From: a virus
Taxonomy: Duplodnaviria > Caudoviricetes
IMG/VR virus record: IMGVR_UViG_3300021400_000034
Coordinates: 1-64,000 of that record
Direction: 5' to 3' (one strand)
DNA length: 64,000 bases
Positions 57,042 to 64,000 of this stretch are shown here, piece by piece. Both the position numbers and the translations under genes were made by a program. Under the pieces are notes generated by a model. The model made no database searches. It was not told where the DNA came from and worked only from the letters and a program-made list of their open reading frames with translations. Each line of letters opens with the position of its first letter. The stretch's first letter is position 1.

Positions 57042-57494
57042 ATGAAACTAGAAAAAGCACTAAACATACTCGAATCTGAGAACGTAAAAGTCATCAAGAC
57101 GCCTGAACAGATCGCACGTCGTCGCTGGCGTGCTAAAGTCCGCAGGGCACAGAAGAAGACTCCCGAGCTCATGGCTAAGCTCGAAAAGATGTACGATCGT
57201 GTCATAGACTTCGATCGTGATCTTGAAGCTCCTTGGATCAGCAGAGCTCTCGCTAACGAAGACTACAAGGCAGTTCAAGAAGAGAAGGAGCGCATCAACA
57301 AGATCTACAAGAAAGAAGTCGCAGAGCCGTTCGACAAGATGGCAGACGATCTCTATCGAGCTATCAATCACGACAAGAACTGCGAGCTGTTCAAGCTTCT
57401 CTCGAAGATGTGCCGAAAGCTAGAAGGAATCCAGTTTTTTCACAGCGGCGCTTGTCCTGAGACCGAGAGGATGCGAGACATCAACTGGGTCTAA
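57042..57494 (+). CDS. Hypothetical protein with N-terminal MKLEKALNILES motif
   Basis: GGAG SD. Confidence 0.7.
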   Translation: MKLEKALNILESENVKVIKTPEQIARRRWRAKVRRAQKKTPELMAKLEKMYDRVIDFDRDLEAPWISRALANEDYKAVQEEKERINKIYKKEVAEPFDKMADDLYRAINHDKNCELFKLLSKMCRKLEGIQFFHSGACPETERMRDINWV

Positions 57495-57701
57495 TCCATA
57501 AGAGATCTTTACAGTTCCTCGGGTTTAGAACGCCCGAGGAATTTCTATATTTGCGGAAAGACGTATAAATATAGGGAAATGAACAAGTTGATAGACTACA
57601 TTAGCAGAATGATTGACGCGGATCCGATAAGCATAGTGATCTCGTTCTTCGGCATTCTATGGATAGTAGCTATGCTTCTCATTCTCCTTCACTGAGGTGT
57701 T

Positions 57702-58001
57702 GTGATGAATATCGAAACTTTTGCGCTATGGAAGTTCAAAGAGTTCGAAGGAAAGCTGAAAGGCTTTCACGCATCTGATATGTTCGTCACCAAGATCGAG
57801 AAGGACCTTGACTGCTACACGATCACCTACGACATAAAGACCAACCGTGCTAAGATCGCGAACATCTTTGAGCCTGAGAATCAGACCGAGTGCTCGTTCG
57901 CTGAGCTTGCTGACACGTTGAAGAAGATGGGACTCTATGAAGAGCGTCCCGAGTCAGAGCGCCACAGCTCAAGCTTCGTACCTCTACACGTCAATTTGTA
58001 A
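57702..58001 (+). CDS. Hypothetical protein
   Basis: GAGG SD. Confidence 0.6.
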   Translation: MMNIETFALWKFKEFEGKLKGFHASDMFVTKIEKDLDCYTITYDIKTNRAKIANIFEPENQTECSFAELADTLKKMGLYEERPESERHSSSFVPLHVNL

Positions 58002-58078
58002 AGTTTAATTTACTTTACAACAATACGCTAAACTTCTATATTGTATATGTAACAACTAACAGAAAAAGGACCAACTAA

Positions 58079-58777
58079 ATGCTGAAGAGAACACGCCAGA
58101 CATTCATTACATCTGACACTCATTTCGGCCACTCCAACATCATCAAGTACTGCGGAAGGCCGTATCACGTCGAGGGCGGAAACAAGAATCCAGCTAACGT
58201 TCCAGAAGTTCAGCGCATGAACGAAGACATTCTGAAAGCGTTCGATGAACTTCCCGAGAACTGCGACATCTGGCACCTCGGCGACTTCTGGTTCCAAGGT
58301 GGAAATCCTAAAGACTTCAGAACAGAAGAGCGAATGTTTCTGATTTGTAAGACCGTAATGCGGATCAAAGAAAATGGACGCAGGATATTCCTTGTTCTCG
58401 GAAATCATGATAATGGAAGACTCCTGGAGAGGACAGGCTGCGACTATTATTACGCTATGGGATTCGACAAAGTGTATGACTCGCCCGTCATTATCGAAGA
58501 CCAGTGGATCCTGTCTCATGAGCCAGTCTGGATTGAGCCAGGCTCACACTTCGTCAACCTCTACGGCCACACTCATGACCTCGTAATTCCAGAAGACTAC
58601 TTCTGCTACGACCAGGAGAACTACGCTCGGGACGTGCGTGAAGGAATGACACCAGAGATGAAGTGGCCTGACCGCAAAGTCGATTTGAAGAACTACAATA
58701 ACATGTGCCTGGATCACAACAAGGGCATACTCGAATGGAAAGGAGATGAATTCAATGTCGTCAGAAAAATCTGGTAA
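58079..58777 (+). CDS. Calcineurin-like metallophosphoesterase
   Basis: SDTHFGH, LGD, GNHD, SHEP, GHTH; early promoter 58014-58042. Confidence 0.9.
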   Translation: MLKRTRQTFITSDTHFGHSNIIKYCGRPYHVEGGNKNPANVPEVQRMNEDILKAFDELPENCDIWHLGDFWFQGGNPKDFRTEERMFLICKTVMRIKENGRRIFLVLGNHDNGRLLERTGCDYYYAMGFDKVYDSPVIIEDQWILSHEPVWIEPGSHFVNLYGHTHDLVIPEDYFCYDQENYARDVREGMTPEMKWPDRKVDLKNYNNMCLDHNKGILEWKGDEFNVVRKIW

Positions 58778-59129
58778 CTCAAACATCAGCTTGAGCATCG
58801 GCTCTCTGATCTCGCTCTGGACGCTGCTAGCGATAGTGTGCCACTGCGCAGAGCTCGGGATGTTCAAAGAATGGCCCATCATAGACTGGCCGAATCATTG
58901 GTCATGCATGTGCATCTTCCTGTGGTCGTTCATCGTCGTGATCGGCCTCTTAGCTACCATCTGCATATTCTTAGCACTAGCTTCTTTCTTCAGCAACAAA
59001 CACGACCGTGTGAAGTACATTGCGCGAATTGAGAAGCTCAGAGCTGAGGGAAAGATTCTTGAAGCTGAGTTGCTAGAAACGAGACTGGTCAAAGACGGGA
59101 TATTGAAAGATGGAAGCTCAAAAGCCTGA
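58746..59129 (+). CDS. Two-TM membrane protein
   Basis: Two hydrophobic segments. Confidence 0.6.
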   Translation: MNSMSSEKSGNSNISLSIGSLISLWTLLAIVCHCAELGMFKEWPIIDWPNHWSCMCIFLWSFIVVIGLLATICIFLALASFFSNKHDRVKYIARIEKLRAEGKILEAELLETRLVKDGILKDGSSKA

Positions 59130-59358
59130 GCCGACTAAGTACTCGTGGAGAGACCTGGCGCTCTTCTTCATCAATGTGCTGAAGAAGAAAGAAGGTCCAG
59201 TCTTCACGATCAAGATGCCTTTCTTGGGATGCATGACGGCTATGTTCTTGTCTCACTTCTCCGGAAACGGCATAGGATGGAACATTCTGCACTTCTTCTG
59301 CTCATGGTTCTATGTCTTCTACCGTTTCGCTGAAAAAGCTGCAGAGATTCTCAAATAA
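59110..59358 (+). CDS. Small membrane protein
   Basis: Hydrophobic G...AM.LS....N.I.W.ILH...SWFYV pattern. Confidence 0.6.
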   Translation: MEAQKPEPTKYSWRDLALFFINVLKKKEGPVFTIKMPFLGCMTAMFLSHFSGNGIGWNILHFFCSWFYVFYRFAEKAAEILK

Positions 59359-59394
59359 ATCTTATATTTACTGTAACCGCAACAAAGGACCACA

Positions 59395-59844
59395 ATGAAG
59401 AAGAAACTAGTCGTATTTCGTGGGCTGCCTGGCTCTGGCAAGAGCACTATGGCTCGCAAGATGCAGAAGTCCTATGTCGAGCTCGGCGAGACTGTCGGCT
59501 ACTACGAAGCAGACATGTTCTTCATGACTGACTCTGGCGAGTACAAGTTCGAACCGAACAAGATTCCTATAGCTCACGCTTGGTGCCGCGATCATGTCCG
59601 TGAATCTCTCAAGAACTGCGACACAGTCATCGTCGCGAACACTAACCTCACACAGAAGGAGATGGATCTCTGGCAGCAGATAGCCATGTCTGAGAACGCG
59701 AAGATGGAAGTCTTCCACATGAAGACAATGTTCGGAAACATTCACGGCGTTCCCGAAGAGACCCTAGAAAAGATGAAGGCCAAGGAAATCGACTGGCCTG
59801 GAGAAATCGTAATTACTGCAATACAAAGGGACAAAAATGCGTAA
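59395..59844 (+). CDS. P-loop kinase (AAA_33/polynucleotide-kinase-like)
   Basis: RGLPGSGKST, EAD, VANTN, NIHGVP. Confidence 0.85.
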   Translation: MKKKLVVFRGLPGSGKSTMARKMQKSYVELGETVGYYEADMFFMTDSGEYKFEPNKIPIAHAWCRDHVRESLKNCDTVIVANTNLTQKEMDLWQQIAMSENAKMEVFHMKTMFGNIHGVPEETLEKMKAKEIDWPGEIVITAIQRDKNA

Positions 59845-60156
59845 GACTTATTTAAAGCCTACAATGGACATCATCGACATGGGTAGCCACGAACAGCTCT
59901 TGGCTGGATCTGGTGACAATCCGTATTGGGATCCGCCAGAAGAGAAAGAGGGCTGTGAGACTCCGTGGTGGTGCCCGTAATGAGTGACTCCATGATGTCT
60001 GTCTTTACAGCAGAAGAGCTAAAGCGGATGATCATGCACGTAGATCGATTCGACACGGACGTGGTCACCGACGAGAAGCTCAATGCGATAAAGGCAGAAG
60101 AGAAAGTGGAAGAGATCACGGAACAAATCCTCTCAGAAAACTTATAAGAGACAACT

Positions 60157-60699
60157 ATGAAAAGACGAATCATGCTCGACATGGACGGAGTGCTTTGTAA
60201 CTTAGACTGGCAAGTGAAAAACTTTCACGCTATCAAAGATAACGGAAAGTGCGACTGGAAGCTGATGGACAAGATAGGACCGCAGTTCTGGTCGAACATG
60301 AAGTGGAACGAAGAGGGACACAAGCTCTACAATGCTCTTCTCGAACTGGTAAAGGAGAACCCGGACTTAGAGCTGGGCATCGCTTATGCTATCTTCTTGC
60401 ACAACGGCAAGAAGGGAAAGCGCGAGTGGATAGCTGCTAACTGTCCAGAGATCCAGATGCAGAACATCGAGATCATCAACAAGGGAATAGACAAATGGCA
60501 CTTCCTCCAAGAGTCCGACATCCTGATCGATGACAACAAGGACAACGTAGATCTGCACGTCAAGGCACATCCAGACTCTCGAGGCATCGTGTTCACGGAC
60601 TCTAAATCTGCACTGGTCAGACTGGATATGATCCTCGCCGATGACAGAGAATTCGACAAATTGTGCGAAGATCACGACAAAATGCTAGAAAATTATTAG
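60157..60699 (+). CDS. HAD-family 5'(3')-deoxyribonucleotidase-like
   Basis: LDMDGVL, GKREW, ILIDD. Confidence 0.85.
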   Translation: MKRRIMLDMDGVLCNLDWQVKNFHAIKDNGKCDWKLMDKIGPQFWSNMKWNEEGHKLYNALLELVKENPDLELGIAYAIFLHNGKKGKREWIAANCPEIQMQNIEIINKGIDKWHFLQESDILIDDNKDNVDLHVKAHPDSRGIVFTDSKSALVRLDMILADDREFDKLCEDHDKMLENY

Positions 60700-60766
60700 T
60701 TTCTCTATTTACAAATAGGCCGAAAATGTCTATATTGTAGATGTAACTTCAACAAGGACCACTACT

Positions 60767-61102
60767 ATGAAAACTCCGATGTTCGCATTTCTCTTAAGGG
60801 AACACCTCAAGATCAGCATCGATCGTGCGAATAAGCTCGCTTCTGTATTGACAGAAGAGACTCTACGCTGTATGCAGTATGAGCTCGAGGAACAGCGCAA
60901 CGTGTATCTCAAGCGAGAAAAGGATTTGCAGGCTCGCTACGACGCTCTGAAGAACGAGTCATTGAACGACATGATCAAGCGTATCGCTGCTGAAGTAGTC
61001 GACAAAGAGATCAAACAGAACTTGTCGATTGAACGTAACCCGGATCCCTACTCACACTCTACCACTCCGGTTCTTGAGTGGAAAGGCGAGGAAATAGCAT
61101 GA
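60767..61102 (+). CDS. Hypothetical early protein
   Basis: TTTACA-N17-TATATT at 60708-60736; CAACAAGGACC leader. Confidence 0.7.
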   Translation: MKTPMFAFLLREHLKISIDRANKLASVLTEETLRCMQYELEEQRNVYLKREKDLQARYDALKNESLNDMIKRIAAEVVDKEIKQNLSIERNPDPYSHSTTPVLEWKGEEIA

Positions 61103-62250
61103 ACGAATTAACTCTCGAAAAGTGCTTAGAATATGCAGATCTCGGATGGCTAGACAAGCACGAGTCTGCTGACGGAAAGCTTGTCGGCTTCAAGTACTCT
61201 CGACAGACAGTCTATGACGGCGCTTGGGACGAGATCACGCTCCAGTGCCGTGGCATCGTGTTCGATAAGTCTACTGGTTACATCATCGCTCATCCGTTCA
61301 ACAAGTTCTTCAACTATGAAGAGATCTACGACGTTACTACTAATGACGGCTACATGCGTCTCACTAAGCTCGGTGAAACTCTAACGAGACTGGGACACGA
61401 ATTTGAGCCGAACATCACGAAGGACTTCCGTGCTATGGACAAGCTTGACGGATCGCTCGGCATCTTGTTCTACTACGACGGAAAGTGGATCATCAAGACC
61501 GCTGGATCCTTCGATTCAGATCAGGCTAAGTGGGCTCAGAACTGGTTCGACACTAAGATCGACGACGAGCGCAAAGAATTGCACTTGGACCAGAACTGGA
61601 CTTACTGCTTCGAGATCATCTCCAACGAAGACCCGCACGTATGTCACTACGACTACGAGGGCTTAGTTCTGTTGGGATTCTTCGACGAGAATCACACAGA
61701 GGCAGAGATGGTCGAGATCGCGGATCTCGCTTACAAGCTGGACATCCGTTACTCTGAAATGATCTACTTCGACTCGATGGAGAAGATGATCGCGCAGGCT
61801 AAGAAGCTCGACGTGGATCACGAGGGCTTCGTAGTGACCTTCTCGTCTGGGTTCAAGATGAAGATCAAGGGCGTAGAATATCTCGAGAAGTTCAAGATGA
61901 TGTCTGCGATCTCTAAGAAGGATGTGCGTGCTCACTTCGACACAGAAGCGCTGGTAGTCGAGCCGACTTACATGATGCAGATTCCGGAAGAGCTCTGGAA
62001 GATCCGTAAGTACGGAGAAGATCTACAAGCGAAGTGCTATGACATCAAGATGCGTGCGCTCGGCGCTAACTCCATGATCACTGGAATGGAAGGTCGTGAA
62101 CGCTATGAGAAGGCTGTAGAAATCATGGGCAAGAGATACGCTTGCCTGGCAATCAACTTGGCGACTGGAAAGAAGATCAACGATCTCGTCTTCAAGTTCG
62201 CAGTAGAAGAACTAAAGTCTAAAGGAGACGACGATGACGACAACGAATAA
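61099..62250 (+). CDS. rnlA: RNA ligase 1 (T4 Rnl1-like)
   Basis: CRGIVF, PF.KFFN, KLDGS, FEII, EGFV, KIK..EY. Confidence 0.92.
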   Translation: MNELTLEKCLEYADLGWLDKHESADGKLVGFKYSRQTVYDGAWDEITLQCRGIVFDKSTGYIIAHPFNKFFNYEEIYDVTTNDGYMRLTKLGETLTRLGHEFEPNITKDFRAMDKLDGSLGILFYYDGKWIIKTAGSFDSDQAKWAQNWFDTKIDDERKELHLDQNWTYCFEIISNEDPHVCHYDYEGLVLLGFFDENHTEAEMVEIADLAYKLDIRYSEMIYFDSMEKMIAQAKKLDVDHEGFVVTFSSGFKMKIKGVEYLEKFKMMSAISKKDVRAHFDTEALVVEPTYMMQIPEELWKIRKYGEDLQAKCYDIKMRALGANSMITGMEGRERYEKAVEIMGKRYACLAINLATGKKINDLVFKFAVEELKSKGDDDDDNE

Positions 62251-62677
62251 TAGAAAGACGAACGAACTCAAAGCTTACTCCGTAGCTCGATGGAATGGAC
62301 AGCCCTTCCATCCAGACTATGTCTGGAACGCTGGAGACGAGTATGCAAACAACCTCAGCAAATTGCTGTGGAGCAAGGACGTGAAAGTTATCGGGTTCTC
62401 TGATGGAAAGTGGCTCTTGGTTAACGGAGGCTCAAAGACTCCAGTCAAGGTAGACTATGTAGGCGTCCACGCTGACAATCTGCCGAGACGCATGACTAAC
62501 CGTGAACTCATGGACTGGCTGCTCGAACACAATGGCGTAAAGATCACTAAGACTGGTTGGGTTTCCATGATCCACCAGTACCAGATCAAAGACGAGAACA
62601 ACTATGTCGAAGCTGGAGTTCTGGTGAGGCCGAACGGCTCAGAAGAGCTAGTCCAGCCGACAATCGATCTTCTGTAA
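62234..62677 (+). CDS. Hypothetical protein
   Basis: AGGAG SD; overlaps the ligase end. Confidence 0.65.
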   Translation: MTTTNNRKTNELKAYSVARWNGQPFHPDYVWNAGDEYANNLSKLLWSKDVKVIGFSDGKWLLVNGGSKTPVKVDYVGVHADNLPRRMTNRELMDWLLEHNGVKITKTGWVSMIHQYQIKDENNYVEAGVLVRPNGSEELVQPTIDLL

Positions 62678-62691
62678 AATAAAGTTTACTA

Positions 62692-62720
62692 TTTACAAAT
62701 CAGCAAAAGTTTTCTATATT
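62692..62720 (+). promoter_or_regulatory. Early promoter
   Basis: TTTACA-N17-TATATT. Confidence 0.75.
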
Positions 62721-62733
62721 GTGGTACAACAAA

Positions 62734-62794
62734 AACGAGAGATGGTCACAGCAATTTTTTATGCATGGTTCGCACAATCAAATTCCATCTCGTT
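62734..62794 (+). ncRNA. Leader hairpin/small RNA upstream of the TROVE-like gene
   Basis: AACGAG(AG)ATGG pairs with CCATCTCGTT; loop carries ACAGCAA, U6 and GGTTCG. Confidence 0.4.
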
Positions 62795-62821
62795 AACTTT
62801 GAACCGAAGGAAGTAACTCAA

Positions 62822-64000
62822 ATGTCATTCTATTCCGAAATGGAAAAGATCCTCAAGAAGAACAAGACTCTCACTGAGAACGGAGGTGTCGGCTACGAGA
62901 CTTCAGGAAACGCTCTGGTGGACATGAACTACAAGGTCGCGTCCTACCGTGGCGCCACTGAGCAGCAGATTCTGTCTGACTTCTTGAAGGCATTCGCAGA
63001 GACGCCAGAACTCGCCGTCAAGTGGATGTTCTACGCTGGTGACGTCCGTCAGGGCCTTGGCGAGCGACGTCTGTTCAAGATCCTCGTCAAGAACGTGATC
63101 CCGAAGTTCCCGCATCTCATCAAGTGGATTCCGGAGTACTCTCGTTGGGACATCGTTGTCGAGCTTCTCGGCACTCCGGTGGAAGATCAGGCAGTGGAGC
63201 TCATCCGCACTACTCTCGCTGCTGACAAGGCTGCGTTCAATGATGGTAAGCCGATCACGCTGCTCGCTAAGTGGCTGCCGTCTGTCAACACTTCTTCCAA
63301 GGAGACTGTGCGCAAGGCTAACATCCTCTGCAGCAAGCTCGGTATGAAGCCGGCGGAATACCGCAAGACTCTGTCTGCTCTCCGCAAGTACTCTAACGTG
63401 ATCGAAGTCAAGCTCTGCAAGAACGAGTGGAATGACGTGAACTACGAGGCAGTCCCGTCTAAGGCTAACCTGAAGTACAAGGACGCCTTCCTCAAGCACG
63501 ACGAGGCACGTCGTCGCGAGTTCCTCGGCAAGCTCACTGCTGGCGAAGTGAAGATCAACTCTGGCGCTGCTTTCCCGCACGACATCGTGCACAAGTATGG
63601 CCGCCACGGCCAGCTTGACGCAGCTCTCGAAGGCATGTGGAAGAACCTTCCGGCTATCGAGATGACCAAGCCGATGATCGTCGTTCGCGACGGCTCTGGC
63701 TCTATGGAGTGCACGCTCGGCAGTCGTGGATCCTGCTCGGCTCTTGAAGTCGCTACGGCTCTAGCGATCTACTGCTCTGAGCACGCTGCTCGTGGCTTCG
63801 AAGATCAGTTCATCACGTTCTCCGGTCGTCCGAAGTACGTGAAGCTGTCCAAGAACATGACGCTTCGTGACAAGCTCACACGCGCATATCAGGAAGATGA
63901 CTGCTCTAACACGGACATTCAGAAGACGATGGAGCTCATCCTCGATACGGCTAAGTCCGCTAACCTCAAGCAGGAAGAGATCCCGGATGTTCTGATCATC
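62822..64000 (+). CDS. DUF2828 / TROVE(Ro60)-like vWA protein, 3'-truncated
   Basis: Read manually (absent from the ORF track): TENG..GY.TSG, DVRQGLGER, RWD, LLAKWLP, YRK.LS, VPS.A, MIDAS DGSGSM, FITFS. Confidence 0.85.
   Translation, partial: MSFYSEMEKILKKNKTLTENGGVGYETSGNALVDMNYKVASYRGATEQQILSDFLKAFAETPELAVKWMFYAGDVRQGLGERRLFKILVKNVIPKFPHLIKWIPEYSRWDIVVELLGTPVEDQAVELIRTTLAADKAAFNDGKPITLLAKWLPSVNTSSKETVRKANILCSKLGMKPAEYRKTLSALRKYSNVIEVKLCKNEWNDVNYEAVPSKANLKYKDAFLKHDEARRREFLGKLTAGEVKINSGAAFPHDIVHKYGRHGQLDAALEGMWKNLPAIEMTKPMIVVRDGSGSMECTLGSRGSCSALEVATALAIYCSEHAARGFEDQFITFSGRPKYVKLSKNMTLRDKLTRAYQEDDCSNTDIQKTMELILDTAKSANLKQEEIPDVLII

Noticed and set aside
62760-62790. tRNA gene suggested by GGTTCG
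   Set aside because: No cloverleaf, D arm or anticodon arm; no tRNA was recognised anywhere in the window
1-64000. Stop-codon reassignment as seen in some jumbo phages
   Set aside because: Conserved genes are full length in code 11 and end in TAA, TAG and TGA at the expected positions

Overview
This 64 kb window is an internal segment of a large T4-like (Tevenvirinae-like/jumbo) myovirus genome in the standard genetic code, mostly on the + strand. Replication and nucleotide genes include a family B DNA polymerase, UvsW, a DinG-like helicase, RNase H, RuvC, dUTPase, a ThyX-like protein and dCMP deaminase. Virion genes include the tail sheath, gp25, gp26, gp53, gp3-like, gp14-like, prohead protease gp21, several tail-tube-fold paralogs and fibre-like proteins. 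It also carries a sigma-70 factor, Hsp20, an M15 endolysin, a patatin, and an RNA-repair-type cluster (metallophosphoesterase, P-loop kinase, HAD, Rnl1 ligase, DUF2828/TROVE-like vWA protein). Two promoter classes can be read directly: T4-type late TATAAATA and early TTTA(G/C)A-N17-TATATT. The most notable observations are: (1) a stand-alone C-terminal terminase gene headed by the C-half of an atypically split intein, with no N-half in the window; (2) a roughly 570 nt highly structured non-coding RNA candidate on the minus strand; (3) a nine-member early gene family sharing an R-[VILA]-x-x-[VIM]-x-x-Y-F motif and flanking an A-tract/G-tract non-coding locus; (4) a divergent thymidylate-synthase-fold gene with a dCMP-type Asp; (5) an SD-sequestering switch in the hsp20 leader; (6) a promoter-driven hairpin RNA in front of the TROVE-like gene. 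All functional calls come from motif recognition by eye; no searches were run.
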